Source of the DNA: Eledone cirrhosa
Lineage: Eukaryota
Assembly: GCA_964016885.1 (NCBI GenBank)
Contig: OZ024747.1
Coordinates: 25,110,001-25,174,000 of the forward strand
Length of the DNA: 64,000 nucleotides
Direction: 5' to 3'
A program made the translations under genes and the position numbers. This document shows, in pieces, positions 50,051-64,000 of this stretch (position 1 is the stretch's first letter; the number at the start of each line of letters is the position of its first letter). The notes under the pieces were generated by a model, which searched no databases, was not told where the DNA came from, and worked only from the letters and a program-made list of their open reading frames with translations.

Positions 50051-50555
50051 TCATCATCATTTCATTTTACGTCCGCTTTTTCCCTGCTTGCAAGGGTGGG
50101 ATGGGAACTGATGCTGGCTTGATTTGGATGCCCTTCCTAACACCAACCTCATTTACAGTGAGTGCTGGGTGCTTTTTTGCCGTGGCACCTCCATGACCAC
50201 TTTGCAGTGGAATGATATGGACCCAGTCCCTATCATCTCATTTCTACAGCTGAGTAAACTGGAGCAATGTGAAATAAAGTGTCTTGCTCAAGGAAACAAC
50301 ACATCACCCTGTCTGAGAATTGAACTCACAACCTTTCGATTGCAAGGCCAATGCTCTAACCACTAAGCCATGTGCCTCCAATTAGCTGTGTTAATCAATG
50401 TCACCCAAATGCCTGGACCTGTTTTAAAACACAGTCTACTTCTACACAAGTTCTCAGGACCTCCCTCACATAGGCTCACAACATTTTATTGTAATGTAAA
50501 CATAGTCGATTCATTCTGTGGGTCATGATTTTACTTTATCAGAAGTCACATTTTT

Positions 50556-51473
50556 CTTGAAGTATATCCCCAGCAAGCCACACTAACTTGAAGTATATCT
50601 GTAGCGAAATCTGTCCACACCTTGACCCCTGGGTGATATTTTATGGTCATTTTCTGGGTTATCTCCTTTCGGGCTTAAATAAGTCTGAGAGTGGACGACC
50701 AGGGAACAGAGGCAGCGACGGATATAAATAGCCTGTCTTAGATCAAGTGGTAATCAGTTCTTGATAGAGTAAACATTGGGGTTTTACAGACTCTTACTCC
50801 CTCTTTCACTCAATCTCTATCTCTTGGTCTCTCTCTTAACCAAGACAGTGAAGTTCATGAAGTTTTCTTGGTAAATACAATTTAATTCTACTTTTACAAA
50901 CAAATAACGCACATAATTCTTGTCTATTTTCCGTATATCTCCAGCGTGAGCTTTTTTCAATGAATTAATAATATAGAGGTTTGGTGTCATCATGGTTCAT
51001 TTTCTGCGTGATCAAGGAAATATCATATCATCATCTTATTGAACTTATTCACTCACTTACTTGCACACATACAACCTCTGGTCACATTGTATCACACAAC
51101 AGTAACCACACCACACAGCAAGCTACAAGTGAGCACGTACGCAACAAACAAATCAATACAACACAATCAACTCACCACCATGACCATACAAATAATCACT
51201 ATATATCCACAACAAGGCACACTAACTTGAAGTATATCCTCAGCAAGTCACACTAACTTGAAGTATATCCTCAGCAAGTCACACTAACTTGAAGTATATC
51301 TCTAACAAGCCACACTAACTTGAAGTATATCTCTAACAAGCCACACTAACTTGAAGTATATCTCTAACAAGCCACAATAACTTGAAGTATATCTCTAACA
51401 AGCCACAATAACTTGAAGTATATCTCTAACAAGCCACAATAACTTGAAGTATATCCCCAGCAAGCCACACTAA
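50556..51473 (+). repeat. 31-bp tandem repeat split by a solo LTR
   Basis: Unit cacactaacttgaagtatatcYYYaRcaagY on both sides of 50600-51203. Confidence 0.85.
50600..51203 (+). mobile_element. 604-bp solo LTR of a separate family
   Basis: TGTAGCG...CACTATA with TSD TATC, inserted inside a 31-bp repeat unit. Internal TATAAATA. Confidence 0.7.
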
Positions 51474-53462
51474 TTTGCTGCACATTTGTTTGTTCAACAG
51501 TGAATAAATACCACAAAAATATTTTCCTTAAGTTTGCAGTTTCCTGTCTCTTTCATTTAAAGTAACATATGTCAGGTTTTTCTACATTTCAGCACATTCC
51601 CATTATTTTCCATATATGCCAAGTAGAGTTGGTCATTTTTTAGCAATACTACTAACGCAGTGCGATTCAGAATAAAGATATATATGGACCCACATATAAT
51701 CTGTATATGTATAATAAACATACATATAGTGGACTAGAGTTTAGAAGTTAGGGTGTGTTTGACAGAAGTTTTCAATGTTAAGTTGTAAAGGCTTGTAGTT
51801 TAGAGGTTACAGTATTCAGCTCACGGTTGTGAGGTAGTAAGTTCTTTCCTTGGCAGTGTGTTGTTTTATTGAGCAGAACACTTCATTCCATGTTGCACCA
51901 ATCCACTCAGCTGGTAAAAATTAATCGTACCTGTACTTCAAAGGGCCAGCCTTGTCACGTAGTACATCATGCTGATAACAATTGTAAGGCTACACGTTAA
52001 TTTCATGAGCATGTGTTCGTTTTTAATATTAAGGCAAACAAAAAAAAGACGAAATACCTTCAGACCTATCATTAAGCTATAAATTTTAGATGAAAATTGT
52101 TAACCTATACAAATTACATGGCTGTACCGGAAGACACCCAAGGTAGGCTTTACTGTCACATATTCCCAGCCATTACTCTAAGTCTTGATAGATAAATGAT
52201 GTAGAAGAGGGTTGCTGGTGTTGTTGTTTTGGGACCTCCGTCAGTTTTTAACGTAATTCGTAAGGAGATTCATCATGATTTGAATAACAGACACAACTAA
52301 TGTTTTATTAACCAGCTGAGTGGATTGAAGCAACATGAAATGAAATGTTTTGTTCCAGAATACAACGTGCCACCCTGTACAGGAATCGAATCCACGACAT
52401 TACGATCGATCGTAAACCCTAAACAACAAGTCATGTGCCTTCTGTTAAAGTCTGTTCTAAGCCGCAGGTTTAGGAGGCCGGTGCTTATCCTTGGTTTCCT
52501 TAGCGTTAAGCGACTGAGAGTACAAGATTCTCCCAGATTCTACTGCTGGTACACACTCAGGTGAGTGTACTGGAGCAATATTTGATTTTTTTTTTTTACA
52601 ATTTACACCCGTCACGCACAAGGGAGGAAATTATTTGTTTAATTAACTAGATTGGGGGGGGGGGGGGGGGGCATTAACGAAATTTTCTTTACAATTCGTC
52701 TCGCATTGGAGGTAGAATTTCTGCGAGACGGGTATACAGCTAGAGAATACCTTCTCTAAAACTTAACATCTAGGGCCGAATTTCCCCGGTAGTCATTCCA
52801 CATTTTGAGCTCCTTAATTGCTCTTGTAACCTCAGATTAATCATCGCTCCCAGATGCATCTTGTGAAAAAAAAAAAAAGCTTTTAAAGGAGGGTACTCTT
52901 GTTTTAATCTTCCTGATTATCTCCCTTGAAACAATTGGAATCATATTGTCGACAATCTTATACGATATTGTTCAAGTTCGCTTTTCAAGCACGATTCAAG
53001 GTTCGAACTCACTGTATTACCATCGGTGAATGTTTTCTACTGTACATCGGATTGATGTGCGTGATTGCGTTTGGGATTTATCTAAGTGTAGGTAGTGTGT
53101 GTTTTACTAAAGATTGACATACCAATCGAAACAGATATTTTATAAAACTTAAAAACATTTATGCTGTCGGATTAAAGAAAAGAATAATCTTTAAATATAC
53201 CTATGTGCTTTTTCATTTTCACCAGTCTAAAATTTAGCTTATCCTCCGAATCCGTACTAGTTGTCTGGAGGTCGAAAGTGAAACTCAAGCGAACCACAAG
53301 ACTAGGGTTTAGGGTGGGTTAGGTTATTTATTTATTAAAAAGAGAAATTAGATAGAAAAAGAAACAGAATTAGTTAAATATTAATATAATAGTAACTGGT
53401 TGATTTGATTACCTCGTAACTACAAAATAACAGACATCCTAAAACAAATTACTGATAAACAA

Positions 53463-53830
53463 TTAAAAATGCTGCAAAAGTATTATCAGCACGAACAGTA
53501 TTTCGCCAAATAAATTCATGCAATAGCTTTGGAACAGGACGTCTGAAGTACCAAATTGTCTACGTATTTTACGTCTTGCCCTCATCCACATATTTTCAAC
53601 GTTTTGTGTATGGACATCTTCGTACACAAAATGTCGTTCATGTACAATGGTGCTATGGGTATATACCACTGGTCCATTCAGCAATATTTCTATATGCTGG
53701 CCAACCGTCACTATATGACTCCCTGGAAGAATCCATTGCAATGATAATTCACGTAGAGTTGACTCGGTGCGGTTTTCAACTGGAATTAAAAAGCATTTTC
53801 CTGTCTCTCGCTCTCCCTTTACCACACCCA
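53463..53830 (-). mobile_element. Merlin/IS1595-family (ISXO2-like) transposase relic
   Basis: ERETGKCFLIPVENRTESTL...ILPGSHIVT...HSTIVH...VHTQNVENMW motifs; frameshifted. Confidence 0.78.
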
Positions 53831-54057
53831 GTCATTATTTACCTCTTATTGCTAGTATAACGTTACAATACAGGGTCGCATAATGTGCTAGAAGTATATA
53901 TTTACGTCTTAGCGGACGTAGCAGAGAACACCACAATACAAAGATCACATGGTCAAAAGCAGCGAATGAGCAGCGGCAGATGTTTTGGCGGACAGCTGCT
54001 GATTATATTTGTTAAGAAGTTGTCTTGCCGCCTAAATTTTATTTTTTTAACGGTCTC

Positions 54058-54065
54058 TATATAAA
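54058..54065 (+). promoter_or_regulatory. TATA box of histone H3
   Basis: TATATAAA about 55 nt upstream of the H3 ATG. Confidence 0.6.
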
Positions 54066-54077
54066 CTGCTACACTGA

Positions 54078-54527
<450 letters not shown>

Positions 54528-54555
54528 GATGTTATAACTTTAAACATCGTAAAAT

Positions 54556-54571
54556 GGCCCTTTTTAGGGCC
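54556..54571 (+). terminator. Histone 3' stem-loop (SLBP site) of H3
   Basis: GGCCCT-TTTT-AGGGCC about 28 nt after the stop codon. Confidence 0.95.
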
Positions 54572-57326
54572 CCCTATATTATATCAAAAGTCTTCTCCCT
54601 CCACGTGGATATGGCATTTGTTTTAAAATTTGTATTGTATGTTAGCATTATGTAAGTAGGCTTTACCAAATCTAGTTTTTAAAGTTTCAAAATAGAATAT
54701 TTATCCTCTAAAGCTTTCATAGCATAACGTTGCTACAGATGCTCGATTTTTATATTCGGTTAGAATGTTATATTTTCGTTTTCTCTATTAAATATCAATT
54801 TCAATAAATAGTTTAGCCTACATAAGTGATGGAAAGAACTATACTTTTTACTGTTGTAGAAATATATCGGGGTGAGCTCTTAATTTCTGATTTGACATTT
54901 TCCAATAGATCGATTTTTTAATAAATTCTACTCGATTATACATTTCGCTAAAAGGTCTAGGAATTCTTTATAAAATTTAAATTTTATTTTAGATGGTAGG
55001 TTGTATGTTAGTATTACACGAGCGGGCTTTATCCAGACTAATTTAGATAAACAATTTTGTTTCAAAATAGAATACTTATTCACATAAATTACCTTTTAAA
55101 GCTTTCATAACAATAAACGCTGCTACAAATATTTGATTGTCCTGTTAGAATGTTATCTTCGTTTCTGTTGGCTAAATAACTGCTATTTCTAGCAGGGCAA
55201 ACAACTCAACTATGTTTATTTGGATATTCTATACCTGATACATTACGACATCTTTTCTTCGGTGTAATTTAAGGGAAATGTGACTATTTCCAGCCTAAAA
55301 CAATGTTCGATGAGTTTGAAAGGCATAACATACTTTACTGTTAAAATATTAGGATGAGCTTTAATTTTTGAATGGTTGGATTTCGAGATTATTTTCTAAT
55401 AGATCGCTATTATAAGACATTTTGGTTAATTAAAATATCTGAAATAGACGAAGTGCTGAGTTGATGTGAATAGTTTGAGTTGCTTCCCTTGTGCCATAAT
55501 TAGCTGAGGGCAGTCAGGCCATTTATGTAGAACAAAACTAGTATAAACAATATTTCAAAGGTTGATGGTCAAACTCAAACAGACCCAGCCATTGTTTTAG
55601 AGTATTGATTTCGCATTAAAGAAATTTGGTAATCACTGCAGATTGTTCGACAATAAAATAAAAATGTATGTAATTGATTTAAATTGTCTTTCATTATGTA
55701 CGGAGATGTTTTAAAGAATACCTTTTTTGTGGACATGGTTGCATAAAAATAAATGATATACAGGTAAAGTGATTTTATTCACATCAAATAATTCAATAGA
55801 ATTTGATTTTTCTTTTGTAAAGTGTACATTAACACACTAAAACGTTGAAAGACAAAGCATTATTTATAATGAAAATATTGTTCATTTTCCAGTATATTTT
55901 TACGTTTCAATAACCGTTGAAGTTTCATTTCAAAATATTAACTATAAAGATAAGGAAAGCTAATCACTAGATAGTAGGCTCCAGCTGTTAAGTTTGATTA
56001 CGTGGGTTACATATTTTCTTCAACTTCTGCCAATGAAATCGCATGCCGCCAAATTCAAGTTTATAAGCGCTTAATAGCGGTGACTTGGCAGTCGTTAGAA
56101 CGTTGGATAGAATGATTATCGGTACGACTCGATTCAAACCCCACCGAGGTAAACTCTTTCGAGATCGATTAAAGTACCAGTCCCAAGATTTTCTCCCTCT
56201 AAATTTCCGGAAGAAGTCGGCTGCATTCAGAATTGGCCAGGGGATGGGCTCCACCAGGTTTTAAAGTGCCGAAGATACACTTATGTCAGTACGTCGCCAC
56301 CAGGAGTTACTGCGCACACACACACCCATATGGGGGGGGGGGGTGCAGTGAATATCCAACCGATAAGGTATGATTTTCATGGGTATGTCTCTATTTATAT
56401 AACAAACTTTGTATTTTATCTGATGAAAGCGTACCCTTGAAATATATATAACATCATTGTAATGATACTTTAGCAATTAAAATTTCGTAGACAAATCCAC
56501 AATTTTACTGCATTTAACGTTTACAAAATCACCAATTTTATCAGAATCATGTTCAGTTACTATCTTACTAATAAACTTTAATTTTAATAAATCACCAAAA
56601 ATTCAATTGAAAGTGTACTTTCATTAGAAATACGATCACGAAAGTAACTACATTAATTGCATTTTACACAGTATTTAATTTAAATGCCTCACAAGGAATG
56701 AAAACTACCAGACTAAAGCATGCAATTTACAATTAAGTTTAATTAAACAATAATACAATAATGCTGCCACAATGTTTTAATGTCAGTTTAAAACAATTGA
56801 TAGTCCTGGCTTCAATCAGTCATCCACTTATATCGGAATAAAAATATCGTTATGTAAAAGCTCAATGGAAGGGAGCTCACTTATACAAGAATATTACACA
56901 GTAAACAAAATCATGTAACAGGTACAAGAGCAAAAATATTTCTAACATTATTTATACCTTAACTAGTACAATATAATTTATCCATTATTGAAAAACTGCA
57001 TAAGCTGTTCTAGCAGATCGAGCTACAATGTAGTGGCTCGTGAAATGTTGAAATGTCTGAAGTATCTGATGCACTGCAGTCGCACAACCTGCTAGAAAGG
57101 GCAGCCAAATTACAATGTAATGTAGTCCTAGATAGATTGAGCTGTTATACATATAATCCCTTTGATCATTGATCGGAAAAATATTAGATGTTCATAGCTG
57201 AGTAAATGAGAAAGTATTTGTAACTTTTCTTTTCTGGAATAAATTTGCATAATTGTGAAATACCTTAGCAATAAAATATATATTTATACACTGAAAATTT
57301 TTAGAACGGTAATACACTTAATATAA

Positions 57327-57394
57327 CAATCGATGAAAGGCAGTAAACAATACGTAAAATGTAGTGGCCCTAAAAAGGATTTTGTAGCAAAATA
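57327..57394 (-). repeat. Orphan degenerate copy of the H2A 3' end including the stem-loop
   Basis: Matches 58235-58306. The stem 5' arm is changed from GGTCCT to AATCCT. No coding sequence attached. Confidence 0.8.
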
Positions 57395-58276
57395 AATGAG
57401 AACTACTCCAGTCAATTAGATCATTCCATATATTCGATCGTAAGTTTACATGACCATCTTCCCACATCTATATATAAATCTATATCATGTTAGCGATCTT
57501 TTTATAAACACTAGATCATTCCATATATTAAAACGTAAGTTTACACTATCTTCTCACGGCCATGTACTTTTCTTATATAATCTATATCGTTAATAGTGGC
57601 TTTTTTTTTTTTTATAAACAAGATATGACTAATATACATTATAACTCCTGTAAAATAGCGCACGGAAGTATTGGTATCCAGTCACCTTTTCTATCAACTA
57701 AGCTAAATTACAAATTGCCGTAATTTTCATTTAAGGTATAACCTTTGCAATCGATACTGAGTTAGCAACGATTAATGAGAATCGAAGTGAGATTGAAACC
57801 CAGTTATTCCAGCTCGCACGATATCAAAATGTTTGTAGAAAAGCTTAGTACCTGGTTACTAAACTTGCTACAAATAAGCAAGGCAATGTTTTTTCCTAGA
57901 TATACTTTAACCATCTCAGCTGACCTTTCCAGTTATTTGCAATAGTTATTTGTTTTACGTAATTGTAAACACTAGTTTTAAAACATTTTTAGGGTTTAGA
58001 CATCTACCTACTAAAATGAGGTAAATGTATTCTTCCAAGCCGACCTCCGATAAAACTAACATTGCTATCTTATGAGTCACTATTAGGTAGTTCCATCTGT
58101 TAGATATAACAGCTAAATCAGTTCTTGGCCGACCAGTGACAAAGGGATTTCAGGCCCGACAGTTTCATTGATTTATAACTGAAAACTGAATCAGAGAAAT
58201 CTACGCTGTAATACGTTTCAGAAGATAAAATCGCAATCAATGATTAACAGGCAGTAAACCATACGTAAAATGTAGT

Positions 58277-58292
58277 GGCCCTAAAAAGGACC
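58277..58292 (-). terminator. Histone 3' stem-loop of H2A
   Basis: Minus strand GGTCCT-TTTT-AGGGCC about 35 nt after the stop codon. Confidence 0.93.
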
Positions 58293-58326
58293 GTTTGTAG
58301 CAAAATAGACATTTTGATTAATGCAT

Positions 58327-58704
58327 TTACTTCGCGGCTTTCTGGGTCTTCTTGGGGAGAAGTACAGCCTGGATGTTGGGAAGAACACCACCCTGGGCGA
58401 TGGTCACTCCAGACAAAAGTTTGTTCAATTCTTCGTCATTACGGATGGCCAACTGTAAGTGACGGGGAATAATTCTGGATTTTTTGTTGTCTCTGGCAGC
58501 ATTTCCTGCCAATTCCAACACCTCAGCAGCTAAATATTCCATAACAGCAGCCAGGTAAACTGGAGCGCCGGCACCAATACGTTGGGCATAGTTTCCTTTA
58601 CGGAGAAGACGGTGAATACGACCAACGGGGAACTGAAGTCCGGCACGAGATGAACGAGTCTTGCTCTTTCCCTTTACTTTTCCTCCTTTACCACGTCCTG
58701 ACAT
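58327..58704 (-). CDS. H2A: Canonical histone H2A (125 aa)
   Basis: [29 protein letters not shown]...[12 protein letters not shown]. True ATG at 58704. No SQ(E/D) C-terminus, so not H2A.X. Confidence 0.98.
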   Translation of the reverse strand: MSGRGKGGKVKGKSKTRSSRAGLQFPVGRIHRLLRKGNYAQRIGAGAPVYLAAVMEYLAAEVLELAGNAARDNKKSRIIPRHLQLAIRNDEELNKLLSGVTIAQGGVLPNIQAVLLPKKTQKAAK

Positions 58705-58919
58705 GTTGATAGAATAAATGTGATCGATAAAAATAACGAATGTAAAATGAGACAATGCTTTTTGCCGTTAAATACACAACAATAGGCTCCAGAAACACTC
58801 AGTTGCTAAAGATGCGGAAAATTATAGGCTGTAGTCATGTGATTTACTGAACTATCAATTTCCACCAATGAAATTACAAAGCGCTAAATTACAGAAACTG
58901 TGCTGGTGAGCCTACTTGT

Positions 58920-59750
58920 CAACTGAAAGTTCATAGGCTGATTATGAAGGAATGAGCGTATATCTATGAAATTTTGCGTGCATTAATCTTAACTCTTCTT
59001 ATTAACTCCATTGTTTCTTTCCAGGTAAACTGACTGTGCAAAAAAGATTTAAAAAGTAACTAGTAGCAACTTCTCTTCAAAATTTGGTGTTATCGAGTAC
59101 CTACAGAAAAAGAGTTTAGCCCCCAAGGACATTCAAGCTGACATTGATTGCCACATATTGAGATGACACTCTAGCTTTATCAACAGTGCAAAAGTGGGCA
59201 GCTGAATTTAGGAATGAAAGGGAGTTTTGAAGATAACCCAAGGTTTGGACATCCTGCGACTGCCATCACCGAAGAAAACATTGATCCTGTTCATCACATA
59301 GTGATGGATGACAAGCGATTGATGTGGTTTTAGATATAGTCTGAGAACTAGAGAAGCATATATCGAATGAATAGAAGTAAACACACACACACGTACGCCA
59401 GATCCGAATTCCCAGTCATCGCCTCCGTTTCTCTCGCCCTCCCCATCTCTCACTATTATGAGCAAATGGGGTCCCACGCGCTGGCCCCCCTACTATAAAT
59501 CAAATAGCCAATGCTATTAGCATATCCTGTGGGACAATTGAGAGTATTCTTCACAAAGAACTTGGCACGTTGAAAGTTTCTGCTCTTGATTTGGCTCCTA
59601 TCATCTGTTCTCTAAAATGGGAACTAGTATCGCAGTTGTGACGTCATATCTGCTGCTGATGGCTTTTTTTTTTTTTCTTTCTCATGAAAGCTTCACCGAT
59701 GGGATGCAAGGAGGCTATATTGAAAAATAAACCTCATTTGGTCCAGACTG
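58920..59750 (+). mobile_element. Internally deleted mariner relic with a 170-bp insertion (59323-59492)
   Basis: TIR-like tgaaagttcataggctga shared with 19232. N-terminal HTH fragments LSTVQKWAAEF, EDNPRFGHPATAITEENID and DDKRL/TINQIANAISIS. Confidence 0.78.
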
Positions 59751-62700
59751 CTGACCGTCTGCCTGGTGAATTGGCCAAATATACCAGCAGTAAATAGGAA
59801 GTAAAAATGCGTCCGAAGTTGTCTTCGTGTTATTTAGATTTAATGTTTATAACCTGTCACGCTGCCTGAATATAGCATAGTAGTAGTGATGAAAAACTCG
59901 CAATTTTAAGAACGAAACTTCCTTTAGAGCAGTAGCTCCCAAACTTTTTTAGTCATGGCATGTTAATTCATATTAGCATTGCGATAACTGGATGTACGAC
60001 TAGGGTGCCTATGAACGTCCTTTAGTTTTTATCGATTTATGGCATCAATTTTTAACAAAGTAATGAGAAGCGTACGATTTGTGTTTTTTGGCAATGGTTT
60101 CGTTGGTGCAAGGGAGAGAACTCAGCTGATCTAAGGTTTTGGTAACAAAACTTTCGTTACCATAATTTCTTAAGCAGTTTCCCATTGGGCACTTTTGCTT
60201 TATCCCTGAATTCCGAGATCAAATCGGTGTTCCTCCAGCATCCAGGTTGTAATACACTACGTTAATATTTTTAATTTAGTTTTAACAAGATTTGTATGTA
60301 TATATGTACAGTGGAATCGACCTAAATTTAGATACACAAAATTGTTCTATGAGAACAAATTACCCACATTTTTTATTAAGAAATTAGCTTTATTTTTTTC
60401 CCTTTGCATTTCATACATTCGGAAAACCGGTAAGATATCCCCCATATATATAAAAATATATCTTAGTATCTGATATATATAAAAAATACAAATGAATTAG
60501 TGTATTAAGTACATAATAGTAAACTATTTAAATCCATTACAAGAGAAGGTATTCTAAATCATTTAACTCAAATTAAACTCTTACCAATGAAATGATATGG
60601 CTTTCTACCAAATTACTCAACTACTCTTTTGTTTAGGCACTTGGATAAAAGAATAACAGCACTATAGATACTATCTATGTTGACAAGAAAAACATTTGAT
60701 GCTGTTTGTCAACAATAAAAACAAATTCATTCCTTATTGACTTTAGAAACAAGTCAAGCTAAGTGGTACAGTGAAAGCATGATGGGCAGCACGTAAATTA
60801 GAGGTCCATAGATTCAAATTACCCTCTGCAACTTATAATTTAATCTAACCCATGCCAGCATGTAGAGCAAACGTATAATGATAATAAAAAAAAAAGTAAA
60901 AGGGTAAGGGTTAGAAAAATACATAAATAAAATGTTATTTTTTCTATGTGCATTATTTGCTGCGTGTTAGAAAGAAAGCATAAAATATAGTAAAAGAATT
61001 TATTCCATTTGGATTATGTCTCAGATTGTTATGGAGGAAGTGAAAAGAAAAAAAAGGAACTGAAAGGATATTGTGATACTACACTAACATTACAAAGTTT
61101 ACAATACACACAGGAATTAAACTCCCATGGCTCTAATATGAAGTAGCTCAGTCTTTAATGAAGATACCACAAGCAACTTTTGACACATAAAAGATAAACC
61201 TGCTGTCGGGTTTAACATCCCCACCATGGGCCATTAAGACATTAAAAATGTCACAATATTTGTTCTAGTTCATGTGCTCTGAGTTGCCCAAATCAACTTT
61301 GTCTTTCATCCTTTTGAAATTGATAAATTAAGTGCCAGTCTCTTTCAGGAAGAAATTGGCTGTGTTCTGACGAAAGGGACGGGCTCTGCTAGGTTTCAAA
61401 AATCCCCAAGACATCAGGATTTAAGCTCCCCCTTCCACTTTAACATCCCCACCACTGATCCTTTTGGTGTCTTTAGTTCGTTCTGTTTCAAGTACTAAGA
61501 CCAAGTCTCAGATCTGTGGATTACCAATTAATTGGGGTTTCTTCCACCATTTCACCCACCTGTCTTGAAGGCCCTTCAAAAAATGAGAACAAATCATAGA
61601 CATAGCACTTCTTCCGACTACGCCATATATAAAATATAATAAAAATGTGTATCACTGTTGACAGCAGAGGCGACACCAGAGTATTCAGCGCCCTACGATG
61701 TATGCCTTCTCCCACCCTAATAATGTGTCGCCTACTCTATCCTAGCTTCTCCAATTGTTTTTTTATAACTTCGTCCAACCATCTCCATCAGTATACAAGC
61801 TGAAAATAAAGTCGAAAAACTATACCTTGAAAAAAGAAACCTCGTTTTATGATAATACAAATCACTGAGAAAATTTATCTGGTAAAATTTGAAATATTTC
61901 ATACCAAATCATTCACAATTCTCACTCTCTGTTCCGAGAGTGACCCTTTCACTAAGTTTTTGTATTTTTAGTTGGATTAAGAAATTTTGTGTGATTTGTT
62001 CACAATTTGTTTGTTACCATACATAATCGCCTAATCTGCTCAGACCTGGTTGACAGACAAAACCTCTGTAGAAGGCAAAGAAAGAATTTGGAAGAAAGAG
62101 AGGATGGAGAAGAAGAAAAAAAAAGATGATGAAGATGAAAAGAACTTGAAAAAATAAAAGATAATCGAAAAGGAAAAGAAGTGTATTAAAAAGAATAAAG
62201 AAAGCATGCAGAATATACAGGTTTTTGTGTCTACTGAGAAATGAAATGTGTTACTGGGCTGAACTGTATAAGAAACGAAACAATCTTTTGCGCCAAGAAA
62301 AGGTAGACATGAATATATGCATAGATTAGGAAAGATAAAAAAAGATGGGAGAGATAGGATCTCGTAAACTTTTCATCATTTCCCTCCGGTTGGTACAGAC
62401 AAATTTTGTATGGGAGGAAATAACTGAGTGACTCAACATCGGGCCGACGATGAGTGCTCCAGTTGATTCAAACAACGAAATAGCCCGCTCTCAGGGAGAT
62501 TCAGTATGTGATAAGACTGGCACCTTGAATTGCATTTTTTATCAGCTGAGTTGACTGAAATAACATGAAATAATGTGTCACTCTCAAGGACACAACGTGT
62601 CACCCTGTCTGGGAATCGAACTCATTACCATATGATCGTGAGCTCAGTACCCTACTAAGCCACATTCCTTCGCCAACCGATATATATATATATATAAAGA

Positions 62701-63042
62701 CAAAAAAAAAGTCAACTAACCCAAATGCAGTTTGACCTCTGAAACATGAGGTAAAAAGCTAAAAACTAGTAAAGTACATATCGTAAAAGATTTAGTTTCC
62801 ATCAACTTTTACACACGAAAGCGCACACATACATCTACTAGAGAATAGCGATATAGAATAAAAAGTTTTTTCGATAGGGTGGTGGAAATCCCCCCACCCC
62901 ACACACACTCGCATCTCTCTTCCTCTCACTCACTATATAATAGAGAGAGAGAGAGAGAGTGTGATGATGACAGCTTAAAATACTCATGGCGAAACTTGTA
63001 AATACTTATTTCGGCCAACTTCGTTAAGCAGGATTATATATT

Positions 63043-63088
<46 letters not shown>

Positions 63089-63118
63089 TGAATGTGTGTG
63101 TGTATATATATATAGCAG

Positions 63119-63182
63119 TGACGCAATTGTTTTGCGAAAAGTGCCTACGTCATCTGATTGGTTTTAAAAATAAAGTGACGTG
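63119..63182 (+). promoter_or_regulatory. Candidate Rab18 promoter motifs
   Basis: CRE/ATF-like TGACGCAA, TACGTCA and TGACGTG plus an inverted CCAAT, about 350-410 nt upstream of the ATG. Confidence 0.35.
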
Positions 63183-63530
63183 TTTCACAAGATTTAACGC
63201 CATCTTTGTTTTCGTTGTGGGCGATCACATTATTTTTCTGTCATACACTATAGTTACACATACACATTATTTTAAAAAAATATAAATATACGTATACATT
63301 GAGCGACTATTGTTTGTTTTCTAATTAATTTAATATATATATTTAAGCAATCAGCGGGATTTTGTCACTTCGTAGTTGCCTCTGCATCTAAACTGCTTAT
63401 ACAGCTCGTTTGTTTTAGTGACCGTCTATTTATCTCCTGGTCTTTCCCGTCCACATCAGCTGGTTTATTCCCGTCTTTTGTTGTTGCTTTTGTCATACGA
63501 CCGCTTCGGATTATTTGTCATTTCCTTCTC

Positions 63531-63601
63531 ATGGATGATCAAGACATTCTTACAACTCTCAAGATCCTTATCATTGGAGAAAGTGGAGTTGGAAAGTCCA
63601 G
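63531..63601 (+). CDS. RAB18: Rab18 small GTPase, first coding exon
   Basis: MDDQDILTTLKILIIGESGVGKS(S) then AG|gtaaat donor in phase 2. Matches human RAB18 MDEDVLTTLKILIIGESGVGKSS with the P-loop. Confidence 0.93.
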
Positions 63602-64000
63602 GTAAATAAATACATGTACACACTCTCTCTAACACTCACTCATATATAAATACACACATACACCTATATATGTTTGTGTGTGTGTGTAATAATCCTTCGT
63701 TTTAAGATCACAGACTATTTCTTATGCTTTCCGGGAGTGAAAATGACAAAAAAAATGTTATCAACACAATCGTAATCTACACATTCGAAAATATATCTCT
63801 GTAAAATCTGCATTATTAAGAAGGTGGATTGTCAGTATCGGTAGAGAGTCGGACACCATGCTTTGCAGCATAGAGTTACGGTCCTTTACAGTCTGAGTTC
63901 AAATCCCGCCGAGGTTAACTTTGCCTTTCATCCTTACGGGGTCGATAAAATAAAGTACCAGTAATGCTGGGTAATTGCTAGCCTTGTGCCAAAAGTAGAA

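Noticed and set aside
48845-51473. CRISPR-like appearance of the 65-bp and 31-bp repeats (also the 37-bp repeat at 480-694)
   Set aside because: Inter-repeat segments are homologous to each other rather than unique spacers. No cas genes; eukaryotic context.
58705-58755. 17-aa N-terminal extension of H2A in the ORF track
   Set aside because: Starts at a non-ATG codon. The canonical MSGRGK start is at 58704.
61660-61700. CTCF-like motif (CAGCAGAGGCGAC / AGCGCCCTAC)
   Set aside because: Imperfect spacing relative to the consensus. A single weak match is expected by chance.

Overview
AT-rich, repeat-dense animal genomic DNA. The SINE and LINE complement suggests a cephalopod such as Octopus, which is inference. 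Host genes: four spliced minus-strand exons of an ABCC5/MRP5-like ABC transporter (7290 down to 1151, continuing off the left edge), canonical replication-dependent histone H3 (+) and H2A (-) genes with 3' stem-loops, and the first coding exon of Rab18 (63531-63601). The ORF track misses the ABCC5-like and Rab18 exons. The rest is mostly mobile DNA: Helitron, piggyBac and hAT MITEs, mariner and Merlin relics, tRNA-derived SINEs, R4/Dong and RTE relics, one intact non-coding LTR element and three solo LTRs. Three patterns stand out. (1) A 12.2-kb head-to-tail array of four Tx1-like non-LTR retrotransposons, from about three subfamilies, has a (GATA)n tract at every junction, consistent with a GATA-microsatellite-targeting element that regenerates its own target. 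(2) Bipartite RTE-derived elements show a parallel arrangement in (TACA)n. (3) A chain of fold-back Penelope-type fragments sits in (TA)n tracts and carries hammerhead ribozyme motifs on both strands. All family assignments come from motif reading by eye; no database search was run.
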